Shown: in pieces, positions 18,302-26,224 of the stretch | Layout of the letters: each line of letters starts with the position of its first letter | How positions within the stretch are numbered: position 1 is the stretch's first letter | Source of the DNA: a virus | Lineage: Duplodnaviria > Caudoviricetes | DNA length: 53,838 nt | Reading direction: 5' to 3' (one strand) | IMG/VR virus record: IMGVR_UViG_3300025425_000025 | Coordinates: 1 to 53,838 of that record | The notes under the pieces: model-generated | What the model saw: only the letters and a program-made list of their open reading frames with translations | What the model was told of the DNA's origin: nothing | Databases searched by the model: none | Position numbers and translations under genes: made by a program

Positions 18302-18901
18302 ATGAAAAGAATAGCTTCTTCTAAGAGGCTGTCTTCAGGAAAGTATGTCAATTTATCCGAACTAACTAAAGATGATATTGATATTGCAGATATTTCACGC
18401 TCACTGAATTATATCTATAGATTTACTGGGCATTGGAAAGATAAGGAACCGCTAACTGTAGCACAACATACACGGTTAGCGGTTCATCTTTCTGGAATTC
18501 TATTTCCTGATGATGCGCTTATTAAGTTAGACGTAACAATTCATGATTTTGCAGAAGCCTATACAGGTGATGTAGCTACCCCACTCAAAAAGCTATTTGG
18601 TATTGGGTTTAAAGATTATGAAAAGGCAATTGAAGATGTTGTCTATGAAAAGCTTTGGGTTGCTAGTAGCCCGCACACAAAAGAAATCTATGAAGCTAGA
18701 AAAATCTGTGATCTATTAGCTCTTGATATTGAGCGTAGAAATCTTTGGTCAAGTCAAACTGGTAAGGATAATTGGCCGGATATTCCACATGAAGGATTAT
18801 TCTCAGTAAAAGAAAAGAAAGATATTTTTGATACTATTGCTAAGGAACGTTATGTTGATATTGAAGCAATGTATTATGACGCAATAAAAGGACTTAAATG
18901 A
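18302..18901 (+). CDS. HD-domain nucleotidase (YfbR/DatZ-like)
   Basis: RFTGH, TVAQH, HDFAEAYTGD..TPLK, CDLLAL..E. Confidence 0.82.
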   Translation: MKRIASSKRLSSGKYVNLSELTKDDIDIADISRSLNYIYRFTGHWKDKEPLTVAQHTRLAVHLSGILFPDDALIKLDVTIHDFAEAYTGDVATPLKKLFGIGFKDYEKAIEDVVYEKLWVASSPHTKEIYEARKICDLLALDIERRNLWSSQTGKDNWPDIPHEGLFSVKEKKDIFDTIAKERYVDIEAMYYDAIKGLK

Positions 18902-19278
18902 AACTAACATTCGAAGACTATCAAGCAATGTCAGAAGAAACGGCAATCTATCCGGGTAAGGGTAGCCTAGTAGGACTTATGTATGTGGGACTTGGACTAG
19001 GAGAGTCTGGTGAAGCCCAAGGTAAGATTAAGAAGATTCTACGTGATGATTTCGATAATGAAGATATCGACGCTATCGGTTTGCTAGCTCTTAATAGTGT
19101 TCTCACTAATGAGAAGAAGTATGACCTTAAGAAAGAATTAGGTGATCAGCTATGGTATATAGCACAAGCTGCTACAGAGCTTGACCTATCACTAGAAGAT
19201 ATTGCTTCTGCTAATCTAGAAAAGCTACAATCTCGTAAAGAACGTGGAGTACTGAAAGGATCAGGTGATGACAGATAA
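18898..19278 (+). CDS. MazG-like nucleotide pyrophosphohydrolase
   Basis: GLGESGE...KKILRD...KELGDQLWY...NLEKLQSR..RG...GSGDDR. Confidence 0.88.
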   Translation: MKLTFEDYQAMSEETAIYPGKGSLVGLMYVGLGLGESGEAQGKIKKILRDDFDNEDIDAIGLLALNSVLTNEKKYDLKKELGDQLWYIAQAATELDLSLEDIASANLEKLQSRKERGVLKGSGDDR

Positions 19279-19435
19279 GAAAAAGAAAGCTACAGATATA
19301 GAATGGCTACGGTATTTCTTTGACAATGCAGACTTTGGACCAGCGCATGAAGATGTTGTTAGTATCCTAGTTGACTCATTTGAAAGCGATACTGGTAAGC
19401 TAGTCCCTTCAAAGTATGATTATAGGAAGTATTAA
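19268..19435 (+). CDS. small hypothetical protein (55 aa)
   Basis: MTDKKKKATDIEWLRYFFDNADFGPAHEDV...; read manually. Confidence 0.55.
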   Translation: MTDKKKKATDIEWLRYFFDNADFGPAHEDVVSILVDSFESDTGKLVPSKYDYRKY

Positions 19436-19436
19436 T

Positions 19437-19607
19437 ATGCCACAATTCATAGACATTGATGATCCCCGCGTAGTAAAGATTGCTTTAGATGTTAAAGAAA
19501 AAAACAGCAGTAGACGTGAATTTGTAACGGCATTAGAAGACCTAGAAATTTCTGAGGATATGATTGATGACATTATCGAATGGTATAGAGGGTATTACCG
19601 CCACTAA
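19437..19607 (+). CDS. small hypothetical protein
   Basis: AGGA RBS before MPQFID. Confidence 0.5.
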   Translation: MPQFIDIDDPRVVKIALDVKEKNSSRREFVTALEDLEISEDMIDDIIEWYRGYYRH

Positions 19608-19800
19608 CACGCCTTATTATGTATTTGCCTATCTAGATGCTTTGCGAGATAGCGGAGTAACCAATATGTTTGGCTCAAGTAGGTATGTAGTTGAAGACTT
19701 TAATATCAGTAAAGAAGTAGCTGATGCATTAGTAGGAGCATGGATGAGAACCTTTGATGGAGAATCCTCTATTGAAGATAGATTAAGAAACGTACAATAA
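19564..19800 (+). CDS. conserved phage hypothetical protein
   Basis: YLDALRDSGVTNMFG motif seen in many phage ORFs; start uncertain. Confidence 0.6.
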   Translation: MMTLSNGIEGITATNTPYYVFAYLDALRDSGVTNMFGSSRYVVEDFNISKEVADALVGAWMRTFDGESSIEDRLRNVQ

Positions 19801-19816
19801 AAAGAATTGGAGAAAA

Positions 19817-21541
19817 ATGTACAAAAGCAACCTGAACCCTATGTTTCGAAGTAAATTTTCTGAGGACATATTTAACCAAAAATACAAACATGAGCGAGCC
19901 GAAACGTGGGAGCAGCTAGCAGAAACACTAGTAAAAGATGTTAATGGTACTCTAGACATATATCAGCCCGGAGTAATAATTTCTAATAATGACGGCCACC
20001 TATCTAAGACTGAAGAAGATCAATTAATTCAATATATTAAGGAATTAAAATTCATTCCCGGTGGAAGATATCTGTATTATGCTGGACGAAAGAAAAAGTT
20101 CTTTAATAACTGCTTCCTTCTAAAGTCAGAGAAAGATACAAGAGAAGATTGGGCCGATCTATCGTGGAAAGCTGAAAGCTGCCTTATGACTGGTGGCGGT
20201 ATTGGAAATGATTATTCCGTCTATCGTGGTAAAGGTCATACTCTAAGCCAAACAGGCGGTCTATCTTCTGGTCCTATTCCTAAGATGAATATGATTAATG
20301 AGATTGGGCGTAATGTAATGCAAGGCGGATCAAGACGATCTGCTATCTATGCTTCCTTGAATTGGCAGCATGATGATATTGATGCTTTTCTAGTTGCTAA
20401 AGACTGGAAGAATATGATGGTTGGAGATACTGGAAAGTCTCTATGGGATATCAAGCAAAACGATTTCAATTTCCCTGCACAATTAGACATGACTAATATT
20501 AGTGTTAACTATGACACTGCATGGCTTAAGAACTACTGGAATACAGGTAAAGTTGGTGAGGTATTCTCTAAGAATGTTCGACAAGCTCTAGAGACTAGTG
20601 AACCGGGATTTTCATTTAACTTCTTTGATAAAGAGAATGAGACATTACGAAATGCGTGTACTGAAGTAACCTCAGAAGATGATAGTGATGTATGTAATCT
20701 AGGCTCTATCAATATGGGTCGAATTGATAATATTACTGAGTTCATTGATATCATTACTCTATCAACTAAATTCTTGTTACTTGGTACGTTACGTGCTGAT
20801 CTACCTTATGATAAGGTGTATGAGACACGAGAAAAGAACCGCCGATTAGGTCTTGGCTTAATGGGTATCCACGAATGGCTAATTAAAAAAGGCTATAAAT
20901 ATGAAGTCGTTCCAGAACTTAAGAAATGGCTTAAAGCGTATGAATCACAGTCTGATAACGTTAGTAGGACTTATGCCGATCAACTGGGAATTAGTCGTCC
21001 TGTCGCAAACCGTGCTATTGCCCCAACAGGAAGCATAGGTATCCTAGCAGGTACTACTACTGGTATTGAGCCTATCTTTGCTGTAGCATACAAGAGACGC
21101 TATCTTACTTCAGGTACTAAATGGAAGTACCAATATGTAGTCGATAGTGCAGCACAAGAAATGATTGATATCTATGGGGTTAATCCAGATGAAATTGAAA
21201 GTGCCTTAACTCTTGCTGAAGATTATGAACGTAGAATTAAGTTCCAAGCAGACATTCAAGACTTTGTTGATATGTCAATTTCATCTACTATTAACTTACC
21301 AGCTTGGGGTAGTACTCTAAATAATGAAGACACGGTTGAAGGCTTCTCTAATACTCTAGCATCCTATGCTCATAGGCTTAGAGGATTTACTGCATATGCG
21401 GATGGATCAAGAGGCGGTCAACCATTAACTAGCGTACCATATCTAGAAGCTAAAGAAAAACTAGGTGAGGTATTTGAAGAAGGAATTTCTACCCATGATA
21501 TTTGTGTTATCGGTAAAGGTGGAGAGTCTGGTTGTAACTAA
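19817..21541 (+). CDS. nrdJ: ribonucleotide reductase, class II (cobalamin-dependent)
   Basis: PGGR, NNC, EPG, NACTE, CNLGS, RRLGLG, APTGSI, SISSTIN, C-terminal Cys pair; no nrdB small subunit in window. Confidence 0.85.
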   Translation: MYKSNLNPMFRSKFSEDIFNQKYKHERAETWEQLAETLVKDVNGTLDIYQPGVIISNNDGHLSKTEEDQLIQYIKELKFIPGGRYLYYAGRKKKFFNNCFLLKSEKDTREDWADLSWKAESCLMTGGGIGNDYSVYRGKGHTLSQTGGLSSGPIPKMNMINEIGRNVMQGGSRRSAIYASLNWQHDDIDAFLVAKDWKNMMVGDTGKSLWDIKQNDFNFPAQLDMTNISVNYDTAWLKNYWNTGKVGEVFSKNVRQALETSEPGFSFNFFDKENETLRNACTEVTSEDDSDVCNLGSINMGRIDNITEFIDIITLSTKFLLLGTLRADLPYDKVYETREKNRRLGLGLMGIHEWLIKKGYKYEVVPELKKWLKAYESQSDNVSRTYADQLGISRPVANRAIAPTGSIGILAGTTTGIEPIFAVAYKRRYLTSGTKWKYQYVVDSAAQEMIDIYGVNPDEIESALTLAEDYERRIKFQADIQDFVDMSISSTINLPAWGSTLNNEDTVEGFSNTLASYAHRLRGFTAYADGSRGGQPLTSVPYLEAKEKLGEVFEEGISTHDICVIGKGGESGCN

Positions 21542-21873
21542 TGAGGAACCCTGTACAGAAGATGTACACGGATGCCAAACTAAGAGCAGCTAAAAGGGGA
21601 TTTGATTTTAATATTGATATTGCAGATATACAAATACCTGAACAATGTCCAATATTAGGATTGACTTTAATGCACAATAAAGGTCATAGTAAATCAAACT
21701 CACCTTCCATAGATAGATTAGATAATACTAAGGGATATGTAAAAGGCAATGTATGGGTTATTAGCACTCTGGCTAATAATATGAAAAATTCAGCCGGATT
21801 TAAAGATTTGCATATTTTTGCTGATTGGGTGAAGGCCAACATTCCCCTTGACAAGCCCGGAGCTATCCCGTAG
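21541..21873 (+). CDS. HNH-like endonuclease
   Basis: CPILG...SPSIDRLDNTKGYVKGNVWVIS..AN.MKN. Confidence 0.75.
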   Translation: MRNPVQKMYTDAKLRAAKRGFDFNIDIADIQIPEQCPILGLTLMHNKGHSKSNSPSIDRLDNTKGYVKGNVWVISTLANNMKNSAGFKDLHIFADWVKANIPLDKPGAIP

Positions 21874-21876
21874 TAT
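21848..21876 (+). promoter_or_regulatory. sigma70-type promoter
   Basis: TTGACA-17-TAGTAT. Confidence 0.7.
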
Positions 21877-21883
21877 CCCCCCA

Positions 21884-21953
21884 ATGCCCGTTCATTCTAG
21901 TATTCATATGTTCAGCATACGCAGTTAATAGTCTCTTAAGAGTGAACGGGCAT
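21884..21953 (+). ncRNA. candidate structured leader/small RNA
   Basis: 15-bp stem ATGCCCGTTCATTCT/AGAGTGAACGGGCAT starting at the predicted TSS. Confidence 0.45.
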
Positions 21954-21993
21954 ACTCTCCTAATAATTTAATAAGAACACTTAAGGAGCTAAT

Positions 21994-22185
21994 ATGCAGT
22001 ATATTAATAAGAAGGCCTTTGATAGAGGCTTCAAAGATTTTAAAAGCGGTTCTCTATGGGATAATCCATATGATGCCGCTTTATGGGATGGTAAGGAATG
22101 GATGAGGGGTCAAAACTACGCCTTCTCTATTGTCCTTGGTAGAAACCTTCAAAGAGAGAGATATAGGAAAACACTCAATGCATAA
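21994..22185 (+). CDS. small protein with RMF-like 'G..DF...NPY...EW.RG' pattern
   Basis: AAGGAG RBS; AFDRGFKDF..NPY..EWMRG. Confidence 0.55.
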   Translation: MQYINKKAFDRGFKDFKSGSLWDNPYDAALWDGKEWMRGQNYAFSIVLGRNLQRERYRKTLNA

Positions 22186-22603
22186 GTTTAAAGTAGGCGA
22201 TAGGGTTGTACGTAGTGTTTCTGATCATCATACAAGTGTATTTGATGTTGGAGATACGGGGACTGTAATAGGCGCTATTGATCCTGCTACGTATTATGTT
22301 AGGGCAGATAAGACGGGTAATGTTCATTACTGTACGGAAAAGTATCTAGAGAAAGTCTACAGTAAGCCTACAAAGTATAATATGTTAGTTCCTCCTAATC
22401 CTAGGCCAACTCTTACTCTTAGAACTACTTCCGTTGAGATTAATGGGCATACAATTAATGTAGAGACTTTCGGTTCCGTTAATTCAGAAGAAGTTCTTAT
22501 TGATGTTGATCCTAAAATTTCTAGATGGAGTGAAAAGTCTCTAAGAGAAACAGCAGAACTATTCATTGAAATTGCAGATGCACTAAAGGAAGTAAATGGT
22601 TAA
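22178..22603 (+). CDS. hypothetical protein (N-terminal KFKVGDRV SH3-like)
   Basis: AGGA RBS before ATG 22178. Confidence 0.6.
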   Translation: MHKFKVGDRVVRSVSDHHTSVFDVGDTGTVIGAIDPATYYVRADKTGNVHYCTEKYLEKVYSKPTKYNMLVPPNPRPTLTLRTTSVEINGHTINVETFGSVNSEEVLIDVDPKISRWSEKSLRETAELFIEIADALKEVNG

Positions 22604-22739
22604 ATCATTAGCAGTACTTGGTCTAGTGGTACTATTACCAGTATTTGGATTAGGTATCTACTGGCTAACTATGGTTCCCAGTGGTGCAGTTCCATTCTTG
22701 AATGTTGATCCTAATGCTACTGGTGCAACTAGAGACTAA
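22596..22739 (+). CDS. small membrane protein (47 aa)
   Basis: MVKSLAVLGLVVLLPVFGLGIYWL...; read manually. Confidence 0.5.
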   Translation: MVKSLAVLGLVVLLPVFGLGIYWLTMVPSGAVPFLNVDPNATGATRD

Positions 22740-22822
22740 TGTCTGACAGGGTGTATGTAACCATAATCTTCCACTGTCTTATTGTGGATAGTGTTAGCAC
22801 CACAAGTCTAAAGGAACAGAGT

Positions 22823-23080
22823 ATGAAATTTTCTAGTAGGCTTAATGAGGATTATCCTGATAAGAAATCTATTGATAATCTGACTATTAATACAATGAAA
22901 GATATGTCTCTTTATGCTCCTATGGGATATTTCCAGAAAGGGTCAAATCTAGTTATGTATTTTTTCAGTCTTCTTGATCCTTCAATGTCGAATGAAGACT
23001 GGAAGATTTTTGAAACTGAATATGACAAACGTGTAACCGAAGAAAAGGAAAAAGTAAATGGCAAGACTAAACTTAACTAG
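22823..23080 (+). CDS. hypothetical protein
   Basis: AAGGA RBS before MKFSSR. Confidence 0.5.
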   Translation: MKFSSRLNEDYPDKKSIDNLTINTMKDMSLYAPMGYFQKGSNLVMYFFSLLDPSMSNEDWKIFETEYDKRVTEEKEKVNGKTKLN

Positions 23081-23279
23081 GAAAACTATTTCTAGTCTTC
23101 TAAAGGACTTTGGTACTAAGGTTCATGATCTGGGACTAGTTGTTGAAGAAGAACAGATCCGTATTGATTTTATTGATAAGACTAAAGAGCATACTAAAGA
23201 GCTATCTCTAGCTCGTAAGGTTGCTAAGAATACTAGTGCCATAATTGGCGAGGATGATAGTGGGGTTTCAAATGGTTAA
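23058..23279 (+). CDS. hypothetical protein
   Basis: AAGGA RBS. Confidence 0.55.
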   Translation: MARLNLTRKTISSLLKDFGTKVHDLGLVVEEEQIRIDFIDKTKEHTKELSLARKVAKNTSAIIGEDDSGVSNG

Positions 23280-23544
23280 TTCAAAGATTACAGAAACGAT
23301 TACGCCAGTAGATAATACTATTACGTATCCTACATTGCGTGAGTATAATAGTATTTTTAATCTTAGCCCCGATAAACGTCTGATTGTACTGTTTACTACT
23401 GAGACTTATGGTACTGTAGTTTTCAATAGCCGGCCAACTATGCAACATCTTAAAGTTGGTAGGCAGTATATACTTAGTGACGCTACAACTGAATACAGAG
23501 AGTTTAAAGGTACTGTTATTCTTAGTAATGAGGAATTTGACTAA
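23272..23544 (+). CDS. hypothetical protein
   Basis: MVNSKIT... ORF, TAATG-coupled to next gene. Confidence 0.5.
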   Translation: MVNSKITETITPVDNTITYPTLREYNSIFNLSPDKRLIVLFTTETYGTVVFNSRPTMQHLKVGRQYILSDATTEYREFKGTVILSNEEFD

Positions 23545-24062
23545 TGGCTAGAACATTCTTTGCATCTGATCATCACCTAAATCATACTAAGATCATTACC
23601 TTTACTGATGCGTATGGAAATAGAATTAGGGGGTTCAATACCATTGAAGGCCATAATAATTATGTAATCAGCAATCATAATGATGTTGTCACTGATGAAG
23701 ACACCGTGTATTTCCTAGGTGATCTTGTGTGGAAGACTAATAAGGAAAGTCTAGCACTTGTAAGTCAGCTTAAAGGTAAGAAGCGTATTTGTGTTGGTAA
23801 TCATGATAACGCTGATTGGCTATTCCGTACCCAACTGTTTGAGCGGGTATATCTATGGAAGTATTTCCCTGATCATAGCCTGATTGCTAGCCATGTACCC
23901 CTGACTGATGCTGATCTTAAGCGGACAGGTCATAACGTTCATGGTCATACACATCAGAAAAGTGCTGTTGAGCTAGGGTATGGTACTGATTTTCATAAGT
24001 ATACAAATGTGTCAATGGAGGCTATTGATTATAGACCTATTGCTCTAGAGGATATTTATTAA
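23544..24062 (+). CDS. calcineurin-like metallophosphoesterase
   Basis: SDHHLNH, LGD, GNHD, SHVP, HGHTH. Confidence 0.85.
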   Translation: MARTFFASDHHLNHTKIITFTDAYGNRIRGFNTIEGHNNYVISNHNDVVTDEDTVYFLGDLVWKTNKESLALVSQLKGKKRICVGNHDNADWLFRTQLFERVYLWKYFPDHSLIASHVPLTDADLKRTGHNVHGHTHQKSAVELGYGTDFHKYTNVSMEAIDYRPIALEDIY

Positions 24063-24437
24063 ATGGTAGATAAGAAAACAATTGAGAAGAATATTAAAAA
24101 CTGGATCAAGGCACTAGAGAGTGGTGAATATACCCAAGGAAAAAGGGCATTGAAGGATCTTTTTGGTTCATACTGTTGTCTTGGATTAGCATGTGAGCAT
24201 GTTCTAGGACTAGAGCCGAAGCTGTACAATAGCTTCTTCTTTGAGGAAGAACAGGGCGGAGTTCTAACTCGTTCTCAAGCTGATCAACTAGGATTAAATC
24301 ACAGTGAGGGTGTCTATGGTGAGTCTTCACTAGTTTCAGATAATGATGACTATAATAGATCATTTAAAGACATAGCTACAATTATTCGTAGTCAGCCTGA
24401 TGGATTGTTTAAAGAACACTATAACCTAGATGACTAA
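24063..24437 (+). CDS. conserved phage hypothetical protein
   Basis: WIKALESGEY.QG...YCCLG...ND...SF..IA. Confidence 0.7.
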   Translation: MVDKKTIEKNIKNWIKALESGEYTQGKRALKDLFGSYCCLGLACEHVLGLEPKLYNSFFFEEEQGGVLTRSQADQLGLNHSEGVYGESSLVSDNDDYNRSFKDIATIIRSQPDGLFKEHYNLDD

Positions 24438-24895
24438 GTAATAGTAAATGTATTAGAGGTGTTCTTTACCTCTTTAGCAACTACATTTACGTTTAACGTC
24501 CATGTAGTAACTGCCCTATATTTACCCGGCTCTGATGGAATGCAATTGGTTGGATACGTCCACCAGTCAAGCGTCACAGGGTCGGGTAAATCATTATCAG
24601 TGTCATAGTTATTGTGTCCATAGGCTGAACATACTCCTGTAAATCTACCCTTACTTTGTTCTTGTTCAATATTAACTACCTATATACCTACATATGTATA
24701 GTTCTATCAACTTCCATTACTGGTAATTTCACCTAAAGCTGTGTCATGTATGTATACTGATTCAACTTCATACCATAAGGATACAGGAATAAGATGCTGA
24801 CTATAAGATAGTAAAATAGTAGCTACCCATAGACCGAGTAATACTATTTCCCATCTTATGTTGATCTTATTTCTTATCGTTTTTAGTCCCGCCAT
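24436..24895 (-). pseudogene. multiply frameshifted membrane-anchored protein at end of lysis cassette
   Basis: TM + PVSLWYEVESV, then PVMEVDRTIH, then CSAYG.NNY...LPDPVTLDWWTYP..C...PGKY, then TSNTFTIT* in successive frames. Confidence 0.55.
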
Positions 24896-25193
24896 TTTTC
24901 CATACCTTAAACCATTCTAATGCCTCTTTTGGATTGTCTAATATTGATAACGCCCATCTAGCTATACTCTCACCAGTTAAAGCAACAATAGCTGTTACTC
25001 CTACTTTATGTATATCAGGGTCTAAATTTAAATACGCTACTACGCTATCTGTGAATACAACAGCAAAGAATATTGCTGAAGCAAAGGATACTATAGATTT
25101 AACAAATCCTACCCACGGCGTTAATATAATACGGATGACTCCGGCTCCTATTGTAGTTAGCCAGAAACTTAAGTCGTGGTTGAAGAGGTTCAT
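24867..25193 (-). CDS. putative holin
   Basis: 108 aa, about 3 hydrophobic segments, basic C-terminus, in lysis cassette. Confidence 0.6.
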   Translation of the reverse strand: MNLFNHDLSFWLTTIGAGVIRIILTPWVGFVKSIVSFASAIFFAVVFTDSVVAYLNLDPDIHKVGVTAIVALTGESIARWALSILDNPKEALEWFKVWKNGGTKNDKK

Positions 25194-25552
25194 ACATTAT
25201 CCCATTCGCCAGTTGTTTGATTGAATTTTTGCCATCTTCCATTAACTAAACGTCTTCCATTGAAGACGCGATAAGGGAAAGGAATAGGATACTTTGTTTC
25301 ATTGTATTTAACTATTTTTTCTTGCTTTAGTTGTTCTCTAGGCCATATAACAGCAATTAAAGTAACTATGATACCGACTATACCAGCTACACCCGGCCAT
25401 CCTGCAATCTTATGAATGAGTACTAGGATATCTTTGAGTCTCCATAATAATCCAATTATGAAAGTAACTGCAAAGAATCCTAGCAACCACCATGCCCAAG
25501 CCGGGATCATGTTTGTTATAGAGCCTATAGGGTCAAATAGTATGTCTAGCAT
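25190..25552 (-). CDS. membrane protein of lysis cassette
   Basis: Two hydrophobic segments; directly after endolysin. Confidence 0.55.
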   Translation of the reverse strand: MLDILFDPIGSITNMIPAWAWWLLGFFAVTFIIGLLWRLKDILVLIHKIAGWPGVAGIVGIIVTLIAVIWPREQLKQEKIVKYNETKYPIPFPYRVFNGRRLVNGRWQKFNQTTGEWDNV

Positions 25553-26221
25553 TTACTTAGCTTTTCTACTATCAAAGAATAAGTATAGTCCTACTCCAAA
25601 TGCTACTACCATAATAAAGGCAAACACCCAAGGGACAGGCCCCATACCATTGCTGAATGCAGCGGCTACTGTTGAGGCAATACCAGCACCCCAACTGACT
25701 GATTCTTTGGTCACTAGGGCAGGCACAGTAGGCCCTACAGCGACGTTTGAAGATGAAACGAACTCACCCTTAGCCCACAGACCCGCCTCCGCAGCACGGC
25801 GATTTACAAGGCCCTTCATTGGCTTTCCATCATTATTAATCCATTTAGCTAACTCTGATGGTACTCGTGCATAATTACCTTTATTCAATTCTCTAACAAG
25901 TGTTGATTTTGAAAAGGCACCTACACCAATATTATGTACGAAAGAGCTTAATGCACCGTACTGATTATCTGATAGTTCTACTGTAACATATTTATCAACT
26001 GCCTCAGTAGCTTCTTTAAGATCGTGTACTAGAAGTTCTTCTGCTTTAGCTTCACTAATAGTAAGACCTTTATACACCTTAAAGAAGTCATCTGAAGTAT
26101 GGCCATATCCAATAGTCCAAGGATGTCCATTACTAGAGCCGGGATCAGGATAGGCTGTTAGCTCTATCCCTTCCCATTGTTTGATTAGTGCAATTGATTC
26201 TTTATTTAAATTTCGTGTCAT
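25553..26221 (-). CDS. endolysin, GH24 (T4-lysozyme-like) with C-terminal hydrophobic helices
   Basis: IKQWEG..AYPD..WTIGYGHT, GLVNRRAAE. Confidence 0.9.
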   Translation of the reverse strand: MTRNLNKESIALIKQWEGIELTAYPDPGSSNGHPWTIGYGHTSDDFFKVYKGLTISEAKAEELLVHDLKEATEAVDKYVTVELSDNQYGALSSFVHNIGVGAFSKSTLVRELNKGNYARVPSELAKWINNDGKPMKGLVNRRAAEAGLWAKGEFVSSSNVAVGPTVPALVTKESVSWGAGIASTVAAAFSNGMGPVPWVFAFIMVVAFGVGLYLFFDSRKAK

Positions 26222-26224
26222 TTA

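Noticed and set aside
17538-19278. Calling this a Z-genome (2-aminoadenine) phage
   Set aside because: No PurZ/adenylosuccinate-synthetase homologue in the window; these hydrolases also occur in unmodified phages
19817-21873. Intron or intein in RNR, polymerase or terminase linked to the HNH/EndoVII genes
   Set aside because: These genes are uninterrupted and of ordinary length; both nucleases are free-standing
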